Of a stretch of DNA of 64,000 bases, positions 25,235-38,060 are shown piece by piece (the stretch's first letter is position 1; each line of letters begins with the position of its first letter). Below the pieces are notes generated by a model, which saw nothing but the letters and a program-made list of their open reading frames with translations, was not told where the DNA came from and did not search any database. Source of the DNA: Octopus vulgaris (Eukaryota); assembly GCA_951406725.2 (NCBI GenBank), contig OX597819.1, positions 13,082,001 through 13,146,000 on the forward strand. Reading direction: 5' to 3'. A program made the translations under genes and the position numbers.

Positions 25235-25419
25235 ATGTATGTGTGTGTGTATGTGTATATATGTGTGTTTGTGTTTGTGTGTATATACATATATATGTGT
25301 ATATATGTCTATATATGTGTGTGTATGTGTATATATGTGTGTTTATGTTTGTGTGTATATATATATATATGTGTATATATGTCTATATATGTGTGTGTAT
25401 GTGTATATATGTGTGTGTG

Positions 25420-25464
<45 letters not shown>

Positions 25465-25710
25465 ATATGTGTGTATATATATATATATGTGTGTGTGTGT
25501 ATATTCTTTTACTTGTTTCAGTCATTTGACTGCAGCCATACTGGAGCACTGCTTTTAGTCAAACAAATCGAACCCCTTGGCTTATTCTTTGCAAGCCTAA
25601 TATTTATTCTATCGGTCTCCTTTGCCAAACCGCTAAGTATCGGGGACGTGAACACGCCAACATTGGTTGTCAAGAGATGGTGGGGGACAAACATGGACAC
25701 ACAAACACAT
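25235..25710 (-). repeat. (TG/TA)n compound microsatellite followed by the 3' half of a SINE-A (25504-25710)
   Basis: Direct inspection. Confidence 0.85.
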
Positions 25711-26371
25711 ACAGTTGTTAACATCACAAGGAGTTGGTAAAAACATCAATGAGGAATGGCAAAAGGAACAAAATAGCTATTTTATATTTCATTGAGAAAT
25801 TATAATTCCCTGAGAAAATAATAAAAACAGCTATTTTCAAAGTGCTGCACTTCTAGGTTAAGGCTGCTGCAAGGTGAGGGGGTATTTAAATACATTGTCA
25901 GAATCTATGAAGTAGATAGATGTATGTAAATCTCTTAGGATAATCTTAGATTATCTCAGTGAGATATCTAATCATTGGGAGTGCTCAACAACACAATAGG
26001 TACATTATTTACATTTGACGGATATTTGTCCTCATCTTGTTTGTTGTTCGGCAAGCCAAATGAGACCATAACCTGTGGCCTATGCCAGGAGCGTAACCAG
26101 CCCACTTATGCGTAATTTTTCCTTCTTTGGTCACTAAACTCTGCTTGCGAAGACCTGTTGAGGCAAGTGAAATCGAAACCAAAATCAAAATCAATTCGAT
26201 GACATCATCAGTGCTGGTACCATAAAAGCAATAAAAGCATTTGGTACACTCAGCCGATTGTTTGGTGTTGGGAAAGGCATCTCGCAGTCCTCTGTTTCAT
26301 CAGTTTGTGCTGAACCATCCAACCATATATGTCAGCCTGGAAAATAGACCATAAACCATTGTGGATAGATC

Positions 26372-26575
26372 CTTTTACTTGTTTCAGTCAGTTGACTACG
26401 GCCATGCTGGGGCTACTGCCTTTTAGTTGAACAAATCAACCCCAGGACTTATTCTTTGTAAGCCTAGTACTTATTCTATCAGTCTCTTTTGCTGAACCAC
26501 TAAGTTACGGGAACGTAAACACACCAACATTGGCTGTCAAGCAATAGTGGGGAGACAAACACAGACACACAATAA
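26372..26575 (-). mobile_element. SINE-A 3' half
   Basis: cttttacttgtttcagtca..gacaaacacagacacac. Confidence 0.85.
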
Positions 26576-26772
26576 TACATACATACATATATATATATAT
26601 ACACACAAAGTGAGATAGGGGTTATGAGTGTAACCCACTATGGGATATCAGTTATCCAATATACTGCCGGTGAAGTACCCAAAAGGCAAATACATAAATG
26701 CTTATAATTGCAATGCAATTAATTCACTTATTGCATTAGATGGGCGAAGGTAAAATATTTTACCTCAAATTC

Positions 26773-26927
26773 ATAATACAAATAAGAAAATGGAGGAATA
26801 GATTCCTTTCAATCATCGACTCACAGATATTTACCAATCCATATTATTTATTAACTACTTATGAATTGGCAATATCTGTAAGTTGATGATTGAAAGGAAT
26901 CTGTTCCTCCATTTTCTTATTTGTATT

Positions 26928-26929
<2 letters not shown>
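26773..26929. repeat. Inverted repeat with about 70-bp arms at the end of a (TA)n-embedded insert (26610-26929)
   Basis: ataatacaaataagaaaatggaggaatagattcctttcaatcatc.. pairs with ..gatgattgaaaggaatctgttcctccattttcttatttgtattat. Confidence 0.85.
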
Positions 26930-26958
<29 letters not shown>

Positions 26959-28459
26959 ATAAATAAAATATATGCATAAAATATATGCATACATACATAC
27001 ATATATGTACGTACCTACATCTACATGTATATATACATGCATATATAAATATATATACGTGAGTACAGGACACCACAAATAGACGTAGAACTCAACGAGA
27101 AACGAAAATGCAAAAACAAACATGGAAACGGACCTTTTTTTTAACAACGAAAAAACAGAGTACAAGACAAACAACACAAGGAAAATTCCCCTTCATCAGC
27201 TGTCCCTAGTTCGACTCCATGCGTGTTTCGAAAGGGTGTTCAGAAAGTCTCTGTTGTTTGTGTTTGTTTGTTTGTGTCCCATCACCATCTTACAACTGAT
27301 GTTAGTTTGTGTACTTCCTCGCTACTTAGCTGTTTGGCGAATGAACTAAAAATAATAATAAAGCTGACCCCCACCAAATATAGCAGTATATATATTCTAC
27401 TCCCTGAAATAATCATAGATGAACCGATGTAAAGGCAAGAAATGCATCCAGTGGCAGCAGAAAAATGTTCCTCATTTATTAAAACCCAAATACAAGAGGA
27501 GGGCTGTCGTAACAGTAGTGTATCCCAGCATGGCCACAACCATTAAGCTGGATACATATTTGTGTATATGTGTGTGTGTATGCATGTGTGTTCATATACA
27601 TGCATACACGTATCTGTGTATGTAACATGCTTATACACACACACACACACTCACACATGCACACACAACTATAATTTGTTCAACAGACCCAGAAGTTTAT
27701 TTGTGTGACCCCTGATCCACCCCACTACTTGTTGCCGGTGTTTGAAGCAAATTTTTTCCAGATGACATTTGTGTCTGGAAACAGAAACCCCTTCAGAGAA
27801 GGATTACGTTGTCTGGCCTGCTCCATACAGACCTTATTGTGCTATGGAAATAAAAGGGTGTTGACCTGAAATGAATCGAGCAGGTCATCTGTTTCTTTAC
27901 TTTCTTTGGTAAATGTGGTGTAATTCACGGATGAAAAAAAAGTAGTTTAGAATATGGAAATGTTCATTCTTACTTCAACTCTATAATGGTATCTTCCAAC
28001 ACAGCAGCACATGGAATAATGTTTTTAAATGAATTTTCTATTTTCTGAAATTTGATCAGATTTTTCTGTCCTCTGCAGGAACAAGATAAGAAGGCCTCAC
28101 CCATATATAAATAGTAAATACATCCCCCTACATCCCTAAATAACTTCATAAATAAAGAGTTAAATAAATAAATAAATAAATAAGCTGAAATGCTCTGGAT
28201 TTTGTCAAAAGTTTGACACACACAAGAGTTTCCATTCTGAAAAAATCATTTTCTTTTAGAAGGTTGCCAGGAGACATCAGCAGACACACGCACACACACA
28301 CACACGCACACACATAAACACATACTAACACACATGCACAGATGTGGATGTATGTATGTGTGTGTGTGTGTGTCTGCTGGGTAGAGGAGCTGAAACAATT
28401 GAACTAAAAAAAGGATTCCATGAAATAAGAAAGGGACTGTAAAACATGTGCAGCCCCTT

Positions 28460-28593
28460 TTAATAGTCACCCCACCCCCACAAGTTATTCAGTAGAAGAG
28501 GAACAGCACAATCATCTTCAGCGGGTCTCTTTACTCTCATTGTGCTCTTGATGTGGCCAACATCCAGTTTCAACTTCGCTGATCCAGGGTCTG
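28460..28593 (-). CDS. Candidate exon of the minus-strand transcript ((A)DPGSAKLKLDVGHIKSTMRVKRPAEDDCAVPLLLNNLWGW..)
   Basis: Acceptor ttttttttcCAG|CAG (NAGNAG); only the phase-1 frame is open, matching the phase of the 46531 donor; donor weak or absent. Confidence 0.2.
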
Positions 28594-28874
28594 CTGGAAA
28601 AAAAATCAAGGTGACTTCTAAAGACCTCACCCACCATCATTTAAAATCTGTCTTCTATGCTGGCATTAGTTGGACAGTTTGACAACATCTGACAAACCAC
28701 AGGACAGGACTATGTTAAGTTCCAATGTTTACATTGGCCTGGTTTCTACAGCTGGATGCTCTTCCTGCAGCCAACCACTTAACACTCTGTACTGGATGCT
28801 CTCTTTTTTCTTTTCTCGTGGCTCCAGCACAGTTAGATCCTACTTCTCAATATTCAATTCATCATTCATCATAT

Positions 28875-29310
28875 CATCATCATTTAGCATCCGTTTTCCA
28901 TGCTAGCATGGGTTGGACAGTTCAACTGGGGTCTGGGAAGCCAGAAGGCTGCATCAGGCCCAGTCTGATCTGGCAGTGTTTCTACGGCTGGATGCCCTTC
29001 TTAACGCCAACCACTCGGCGGGTGTAGTGAGTGCTTTTTACGTTCCACCCGCACAGGAGCCAGGCAGAGCTGGCAAATGGTCACGAATGGATGGTGCTTT
29101 TACGTTCCACCGGCACGGGGGCCAGGCGAGGCTGGCAATGGACATGAACGGATGGTGCTTTTACGTGCCACCGGCACGGAGGCCAGACGGGGCGGCGCTG
29201 GCAACGGCCATGAACGGATGGTGCTTTTTACGTGCCACTGGCACGGGGGCCAGGCGAGGCTGGCAACGGCCACGAACAGATGGTGCTTTTTACGTGTCAC
29301 CGGCACGAAG
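28875..29310 (-). mobile_element. RTE family C 3' UTR with about 5 tandem about-60-bp hairpin modules
   Basis: Repeated ggatggtgctttt(t)acgtgccaccggcacg..gccag..ctggcaa unit at 29030-29310. Confidence 0.88.
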
Positions 29311-29869
29311 GCTTCAATTATGAAGCAAAATACAGAATCTTTAGATTTTTGTCTTAACACTCACCATCCATATTAACAACTTACCCAACACTACAGCACT
29401 TAAGGTTTACATTTTGTACCCCGAATATAAGACAACACCATATTTTTTTTTGGTGGTGGCAGTAGGCATGTTTTATGAGGTGGAAAGGTCATTTTGTGTG
29501 CTGGCATGTGCTGTTAGTTCTTGTGTGTATGTGTGCAAGTGTGTGTGTGTGTGTGTTTGCTTTGTGCTTGAGTATGTTTGAGTTTCCGTGTGTGTGTATG
29601 TTGTTATTTAGCCCTGGTCTCTTCTGATGGAACAGACCTATAATTAAAGACCTCTTGGCCATGACCACCTCATCTTGTTTTCAAATTCAGTATACCCCCA
29701 CCCACCCAAACTTACCAGACAACATTGTCCAATGTATCCTTTTCTAGATGGTAGGATGCAGTTTGAGTGAGTTTTTGGCTGTTATTTTTTTTAGCAGGTC
29801 AAGCAGCAACCACATTGAAGATCCTTTGACTATGTTTGTATTTGCAGGAGTTTTGTATGTTTGTTATTT

Positions 29870-30280
29870 TATTTATTGCCCACAAGGGGCTAAACATAGA
29901 GGGGACAAACAAGGACAAACAAAGGGATTAAGTCGATTACATCGACCCCAGTGCATAACTGGTACTATATTTATCGACCCTGAAAGGATGAAAGGCAAAG
30001 TCGACCTTGGCAGAATTTGAACTCAGAATGTCACGACAGACGAAATACTTATTTCTTTACTACCCACAAGGGGCTAAACACAGAGAGGACAAACAAGGAC
30101 AAACAAAGGGATTAAGTCGATTACATCGACCCCAGTGCATAACTGGTACTATATTTATCGACCCTGAAAGGATGAAAGGCAAAGTCGACCTTGGCAGAAT
30201 TTGAACTCAGAACGTAACGGCAGACGAAATACCACTTAGCATTTCACCCGGTGTGCTAACGATTCTACCAGCTCACCACC
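29870..30280 (-). mobile_element. Two SINE-B1 copies in tandem
   Basis: cacaaggggctaaaca.agag.ggacaaacaaggac..gaatttgaactcagaa twice; only the second retains the head. Confidence 0.88.
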
Positions 30281-30910
30281 GGAGTTTTGTATGTTTGTGT
30301 CATTACTTAGGTGTGTGCATGCATGCATATATCTGTGTGTGCATGTGTGTGTGATACCAGACCTCTGTTCTCCTTTTTGTTTGCTTTTGTTGTTTGTTGT
30401 TCCTAAATATAAACCAGGACTACATAAAATAGAAGCCCCGAGGCACGTGTAACACTTCCCTCCTCTCTGTCTTACGTTACACACCACACCTTCTTCCACT
30501 TAAGTTACACTCTCTCTTTTCTGTGTAACAAAACACCTGTCCAATTCACTAATTGTTTTGGGTCACTTTTACTGCCGTTCACCAAAATGGAGAACTTCCT
30601 CATTGTAGAAATTAAGTAAATTGCTTCCTAGTGGTGGCAACCATTCCTTCAGTTTCTGACCATTAGAATATAATGAGATCTTCCAACACAGCACATGTGT
30701 GTGTGTGTGAGGGAGAGAGAGTTATTCTTTTTAAATACAGCTGTAAGCAAAGCTTAGATCAGCCAACAAATGGTGTCTTGAAGTGGTTGGTCATCCTGTT
30801 AGAAATGGCAGTCAAGTTTCCATCATGTCACACAGGATACATCATCATCATCATCATCCTCATTTAACGTCCGTTGTCCATGCTGGCATGGGTTGGACGG
30901 TTTGACTGGG

Positions 30911-31139
30911 CGGTGAGCTGGCAGAAACGTTAGCATGCCGGGCGAAATGCTTTGCGGTATTTCGTCTGCCGTTACGTTGTGAGTTCAAATTCCGCCGAGG
31001 TAAACTTTGCTTTTCATCCTTTCGGGGTCGATAAATTAAGTACCAGTTACGCACTGGGGTCGATGTAATCGACTTAATACCTATGTCTGTCCTTGTTTGT
31101 CCCCTCTGTGTTTAGCCCCTTGTGGGTAATAAAGAAATA
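30911..31139 (+). mobile_element. Young SINE-B1 inserted into an RTE family C tail, 12-bp TSD
   Basis: GGTTTGACTGGG at 30899-30910 and 31140-31151. Confidence 0.9.
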
Positions 31140-31892
31140 GGTTTGACTGGGTTGGCACACTGGAAGGCTGCACCAGACTCCTGTCTGATTTGGCATGGTT
31201 TTCTACAGCTGGTTGCCCTTCCTAACACCATTCATTCTGAGAGTATAATGGGTGCTTTTACGTGCCACCGGCATGGGTGCCATTTGCATGACACCAGGGT
31301 GCTTTTTACATAACATTGGCTCGGGTGCCAATTTGTGTTGGGACAAAATAGTCCCTGATATATAAAAACAAAACCCCACCAAAAAAACAAAAAAAACAGG
31401 ATAGTCATGGTTGGAACGTCTTTAATCATGGATCTGCAGGATCAGATTCAGTGCTAATCATTAACAACAACAACAACAACTTCTCCCAAGTATTTTGCGT
31501 TGTGAGAGATGTCAGACCTAATAACAACACCTAAATCTAACATATGGTTCACATATGAAGTTACCTGGATGATTAATATGTAAGCCACAAATATTGGCAT
31601 GAGATGAAGCACGTCTCTGCCTTGCTGAGCGCCTTATGTTCTGTACGGGATTGTGCTCCCTGGGCACATTGTGTTGTCTCTGGTGTCCACTCTATTTCTG
31701 TATGTTTGCAAAATTACTAAGGTAGACATGACTAAGCTGCTACAGGTGAGACCCTGTACTTTTATCATTGGTGGCATAACATCTCAGAACAGTACTTGTA
31801 ACTAGTGAGACTGCTGATACTGCAGCTATTTTTGTATGAATTTTTATTATTCTCATTACCACCTCTCCTCAAAATTTCTGGCCTGGTGGTAA

Positions 31893-31942
<50 letters not shown>

Positions 31943-31943
<1 letters not shown>

Positions 31944-33365
31944 AGGCGGAAAACTGGCAGGAACATCAGCACGGCTGGCTAGAGATGCTTAGTAGTATTT
32001 CATCTGTTTTTACGTTCTGAGTTCAAATTCCACTGAGGTTGACTTTGCCTTTCATTCTTTCAGGGTTGATAAATTAAGTACCAGTTGCATACTGGGGTCG
32101 ATCTCATCGACTGCTCTCCCCAAATTTCGGGCCTTGTGCCTATAGTAGGAAAAGAAAAAATTTTGACACAAGGCCAGCAAATTTGGGGGGGGGAGCAGGT
32201 AAGTCAACTGTTACTTATTTTAATAACCCTCAAAGGATAAACGATAAAGTTGGCTTTGGCAGAAATTGAACTCAGAGCATAAAACTGGACAAAATGCTTG
32301 ACTGCATTTTGTCCGGCATGCTAACAATCATTCCAGCTTGCCACCCTAAGTTATTCAATATATATCTAGAAAACAAGGCAGCAAGCTGGCAGAAACATAA
32401 GCACACTGGGTAAAATGCTTAGTGGTATTTCGTCTGTCTTTACGTTCTGAGTTCAAATTCCACCGAGGTCAACTTTGCTTTTCATCCTTTTGGGGTTGGT
32501 AAATTAAGTACCAGTTGCATACTGGGGTCGATGTAATCAACTAGCCTCCTCCCCCAAAATTTCGGGCCTTGTGCCTAAAGTAGAAAAGAATATATATGGA
32601 AAACAAGGCAGCAAGCTGGTAGAAACGTTAGCATGTTGGGTGAAATGCTTAGTGGTATTTTGTCTGTCTTTATGTTCTGAGTTCAAATTCCACCAAGGTC
32701 AACTTTGCCTTTCATCCTTTCGGGGTCGATAAATTAAGTACCAGTTACGCACTGGAGTCAATGCAATCAGTTTACCCCATCTCCAAAAATTGCTGGCCTT
32801 GTGCTAAAACTTACTTTTCAGTAAATTAAGTACCAGTTGAGTACTGGGGTTGATGTAATCGACTTGCCCCTTCTCCCAAAATTTTAGGCCTTGCGCCTTT
32901 GTAGAAAGGATCATCATCATCATCATCGTTATCATCATTCAGGCAGTGAGCTGGCAGAATTATGAGCATGTCATACAAAATGCTTTGCGGCATTTCTTGG
33001 AACTCTTTAAGTTCTGAGCCAAAATCCTGCTGAGGTCAACTCTACCTTTTATTCTTTTGTGGGGTCAATAGAATAAAATACCTATTTCTTTACTACCCAC
33101 AAGGGGCTAAACACAGAGAGGACAAACAAGGACAGTCAAACGGATTAAGTCAATTATATCGACCCCAGTGCGTAACTGGTACTTATTTAATCGACCCCGA
33201 AAGGATGAAAGGCAAAGTCGACCTCGGCGGAATTTGAACTCAGAACGTAGTGGCAGACGAAATACCGCAAAGCATTTCGCCCGGTGTGCCAGCTCACCGC
33301 CTTCAATAGAATAAAATACCAGTCAAGTATTAACATTGTTGGCATTGTGTCAAAATGTGAAACCA
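31943..33365. mobile_element. Cluster of at least 7 SINE-B copies (tandem, inverted and nested)
   Basis: Heads at 31943(+), about 32346(-), 32376(+), 32605(+), 32941(+); nested B1(-) 33083-33302 with 18-bp TSD TCAATAGAATAAAATACC. Confidence 0.85.
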
Positions 33366-35040
33366 TCATCATCATCAGATGATGATGATGATGAGAGATG
33401 TTTTTAGGTTAGTGATGTAAACAGGGATGTATTTGAAGTTGCTTTCACATGTAGCATCAGGGGTTGTGAATGTCAAAGTTTGTTGCAACAATAAACTGCC
33501 CCTTGTATATCCAGGCAGTGTTTTATTTTGTTGCAGAAATGAGGGTAGGGCGATGGGATTGTAGGTAGGGGTGACAGGACTGTCACAATCCCTCACAGAT
33601 CTATTGTGCTGTTTGTACACCAGTGTTGTTGTTGTTGTTGTTGTTTCTTTGAACTGGACAATTGTAGTGTCCACAACAGTTCTGTGCTTGGACACCCTTT
33701 TGCTTTGATTATGCCTTCAATGTGTTTTGTAAATGTTGTGAAGGTGATGTGATGCCTGTAACTCCTTTTTATATAATTGCAAACTATTTTCATCATCGGA
33801 GGGTGCGATGTGTTTGTTCTGTGTTCAGTGTATTAATTGGTGCTCTCTAGTGTTGAAGTTTAAAAAAGGAGAGGGTATGTTTGTCATCATCATCATCATC
33901 ATCATCATCATGAGCTAACATCAGTTGTCTGTGCTGGAATGGGTTGGACGGTTTGACCAAGGCTGGCATACTGGAGTACCCTGCAGGGTATAGAATCATA
34001 GACTATGCTGATATCTGTAGTAATTAAGAATGGTGTGCAAGTTTGGGGACATTTTAGTTGTTGAAACTATTTACCTTCTGAACAAATAAAGTTTGCGAGT
34101 CATGAAATGGTTGAACTTAACAGTTTGAATGTGTAAGACTCTTTTCCAAACCACAATGGTTTGGAGAATTGTCTCATATTCAAACATTTCTTAAAGATGC
34201 TCACAACATAAATGAAATGAAATAGCATCAACTTAGTATGGAAACCACATCACAGTCTTGATTCTATAGCAGATGATGTCTTTGTGGAACTTCCCAACCT
34301 CATATCTATAGGCTTTGATTTCTTACACTGACATAAGAGTGCAAGTTCACCATGGGGAGGGAGAGAGAGGTCTTGAAAAGAGAGTATTGTAAATCATAAA
34401 GTGCTCCTACCATATTTTATATATTTTTTCTTCTTTTAAAACATCACCAATTCTGCTGCTATGTATAATAATGATAATAATAACAATAATCATAATAATA
34501 ATAACTGTATATTAAACATAGTGCTTATATCTCTGTTAGGTTCTATACTTGTTGGTTGGTGGTGTGCTAAACGAAAGGGCATAATCACAATGCCAGTTGC
34601 TAACAAAGAAACATCTGATTCTGGTTAGCAATAAATTTCTTTAGTTTATTTCAATACAATTAAAATAAAAGAATCTTTTACATCAAACTTTCCTTATTAA
34701 AATGCTGTATTCATTAGTTTATTTATCATCCTATTTTTTCATCTTCCTCTTTGCTGTTTCTTTGAACAACCAGAACAAAGGTTTTTTTTTCTTTCTTTTT
34801 TCTTTTTAGAATTAAATCATGGAATTTCATAAGAAATTACTAAATAACATTGATTGATATCCAAACTACAGTCGATGGTCTGCAAACAGCAGAACTTAGT
34901 TCTGCAAGATTTAGTTACCAATTTTTTTTTTAAGTTTGAGAAACTTGAATTAACTTTAATTAGATAAATCTCAATCAGTCTGCGTTAGCATTAAAAGTTT
35001 TAGCTTTTTTATTAGATTAACAGCAAACTTAATTTCCTTA

Positions 35041-35134
35041 TTAATCCTTTTTCTCTCTCAGACATAAAAGATGGGGCGGGGGTGGAATTAATCCTTTTTC
35101 TCTCTCAGACATAAAAGATGGGGCTGGGGTGGAA
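35041..35134. repeat. 47-bp tandem duplication
   Basis: ttaatcctttttctctctcagacataaaagatggggc(g/t)ggggtggaa x2. Confidence 0.9.
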
Positions 35135-35392
35135 AGAAACTAAAAAAAAAAAATAAATAAAAAATAAATAAATAAAAACGTCCTCAACTCTCTTCTATTT
35201 CTGGCTCTGGAACTGATACCCTGGGTTCTCTTTAAACTCTAATTTGGGTATTTTATTTATTATTATTTTTTTTAAATGTTTGTTGGGTATCTTTGTTTTG
35301 TTCTGGTGCATTAGCTGCTCACTGCTGCAACTGCAACTTCTTCTTCTTTTTCTTCTTCTTCTTCCTCTTCCTCTTCCTCCATCACCACCACC

Positions 35393-35434
<42 letters not shown>

Positions 35435-35559
35435 GCAATTTAGAACTCTTGCTCTTCTCTGTAAACTAACCAAACTAATCTGCTGGTTATGTAACCCTAA
35501 AGTTATTTAACTTCTTTGGAGAAAGGTACCAATGGCCCTTAATATAATCACTTCAACAT

Positions 35560-36450
35560 ATCTTTATCCTTCTCTCATTTCTCTCTCTCTCCTATTCTAT
35601 CATCTTTTCTGTCTCCGTCACTCTATCACTTTCCAGGTCTCTCCTTTTCAATCACCTTCTCCCTCCTTCACTCTCTCTCTCTCTCTCTCTCCTATTCTAC
35701 CATTTTTCTCCCTTTGTCAACCTGCAAGTTCCTTCTGCTCTGTTACAGTCTCTTTCCTATTATTCTATCATTCTCACTCTCCAAACCTCTCTCACTCAAT
35801 TACCTTCTCTCTCTCTCTCTGTCTCTCCCTTCTATCACTCTCCCTCCTCCCCTCACTCTTCAGATCTCTTCTATTTTGACAACTTTTCTCACCTTTTAAC
35901 TTCTCAAATCTTTTCTATCTTCTTGTCCCACCTCTCTCCCTTCACACCTTTCCTATATTACCACCTTTTCTCTTATCCTTATATCTCATCTAATAATCCT
36001 TCCTAATCCATTTTATTCCTTCTATCTATTTCACTTCTTTCTCTCTACCCCTAACTCCCTTTCTCTCTCATTTTCTCACTTCTCCTCCCTCTCAATCCCT
36101 TTCTCCCACCCACCCCACCTTGTCCCTTTTTTATCAAATTACTTCACTCAATCTGCTTAGTATTACTTTATACCCCGACCCCTCTACCACCCTTTTTACT
36201 TGTCCCTCTTCACTCTACTACCATTACACCTCTACCTCCCACCGCTACCATCGATTGTGTGGGTGGCTTCAAAACATAAGCTGGTTGAGCTACACTTGAA
36301 ACTTTTACCCCCACCCGTACTCCCACCCACTTCTACCTTGTCTGTCTACTTCAGAAAATACATTTGTTTTTAACTATTGCCATGACTACTGCACTCCCCC
36401 TCCCCGCACCCCCCACCCCCCCACCACTACCCCCATCATCATCACCATCG
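35560..36450 (+). repeat. Long pyrimidine-rich low-complexity tract
   Basis: About 0.9 kb strongly C/T-biased on +, ending in C-runs (G-runs on the minus strand). Confidence 0.8.
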
Positions 36451-36901
36451 CCTATTCTTGTTACTTTAATCAGTTACACACCTCGATCAGCAACAACATC
36501 CAGTATTTCACACCAATAAAGGACTCTTTGCATGGCTGTTTGACTCGGCTAGAAATAGCAGCCAAAGAATTCCTCATATTTGTACCCCAGCACCATGATT
36601 ATATATGCACTTTTAATACCCAATAACTGAAGAAAGCTGGAATGGCCATGGCTGGTAGGTTCGTGTGGTCAGGATGACCTGCAGCTCATAAGCAACAACA
36701 TTAATGAGATGTAGGCCTTTATATGCTTAATTAAGCTGCTTGATTTAGCTGCCAGATTGGATCTATTCCATCTCAATCACAGATTTTTTAATTAATATTT
36801 TTTAACTAAACAGTTTGAAACTTCGAACACTGGAAGAATTTTTCATGTAGAATACACTTGACTCAGAATGTTTTTGACCAAATTTCGTATTTTAGAAGTT
36901 A

Positions 36902-37303
36902 CTAGCAGTATCGCCCGGCGTTGCTCGGGTTTGTAAGGGAAATAACTATATAAGCATTTTTAGAGAGTTATAGCAAAAAAATAGCAAAAACAATGCATTA
37001 AAATGGAATAAAAAATGATGGTAAATTTTTTTTTAAATCGTTGACTCATCGTAGACATTTTTAGAGAGTTACTTCCCTTATATAATAGCGAAAAAATGCA
37101 TTAAAAATGGAAAAAAAATGATAGTAAATTTTTTTTAAAAATCGTAGCCTTATCGTAGACGCGCGCTAATACCCAGAAGGGCTCGCTATGAATCACGACT
37201 ATAAGATACCCAGTTTTGGTTAAACTGCACCGCAAAATGTGGGAGTAGTTAGGAATCTAAATCGTAGGAGACAGACACACAACTTCACTTTTATATATAA
37301 AGA
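36902..37303 (-). mobile_element. Non-autonomous Helitron, copy 3 (internal duplication)
   Basis: CTAG..hairpin at left, ..tatataaaGA at right; removal restores AGAAGTTA|TTTCATG matching the opposite TIR, which confirms A|T insertion without TSD. Confidence 0.93.
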
Positions 37304-37645
37304 TTTCATGTTAAAGTTGTCATATATGGGTAATTTCAACCAATCAACGATGTGTATTCAGTTGAAGAAAGCTACTGCAAGGGAAAGAGTCATGAATGTC
37401 CAGTGATGGCTAGAAAGGAAAGAAGGGATAAAGGTGGCATCGTCTTTGCACAACATACGAATAGAACAGAGTGGTGACATTTAGTAGAGATGACCCGGAA
37501 GTTGTTCCTCTTCAATTACTATTGCACACAGCAGTAGCTTTCTTCAACCGAATACACATCGTTGATTGGTTGAAATTACCCATATATGACAACTTTAACA
37601 TGAAATAACTTCTACATTAAAGAAATTTTGTCTAAAATGTTCAGA

Positions 37646-37816
37646 GGCGCAGGAGTGGCTGTGTGGTAAGTAGCTTGCTTACCAACCACATGGTTCCGGG
37701 TTCAGTCCCACTGCATGGCACCTTGGGCAAGTGTCTTCTACTATAGCCTCGGGCCGACCAAAGCCTTGTGAGTGGATTTGGTAGACGGAAACTGAAAGAA
37801 GCCCGTCGTATATATG

Positions 37817-37847
<31 letters not shown>

Positions 37848-38060
37848 GTTTGTGTGTCTGTGTGTGTCCCCCTAGCATTGCTTGACAACCGATGCTGGTG
37901 TGTTTACGTCCCCGTCACTTAGCGGTTCGGCAAAAGAGACCAATAGAATAAGTACTGGGCTTACAAAGAATAAGTCCCGGGGTCGAATTGCTCAACTAAA
38001 GGCGGTGCTCCAGCATGGCCGCAGTCAAATGACTGAAACAAGTAAAAGAGTAAAGAGAGT
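37646..38060 (+). mobile_element. SINE-A full length, young
   Basis: Near-consensus, CpGs retained. Confidence 0.93.

Noticed and set aside
27181-27240. Minus-strand GAAAC..GTC..CTGATGA arrangement suggesting a type II hammerhead
   Set aside because: Stems I and III cannot be paired convincingly
29030-29310. Repeat-spacer-like array resembling CRISPR
   Set aside because: Spacers are homologous to each other, the array is part of an RTE 3' UTR seen many times in the window, the context is eukaryotic and there are no cas genes
33375-33796. Overlapping minus-strand ORFs in unique sequence
   Set aside because: No recognisable motif or convincing splice sites
35195-35510. ORFs with poly-S/G/R and poly-L/P (also 40122-40385, 63278-63593)
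   Set aside because: Trinucleotide microsatellite artefacts
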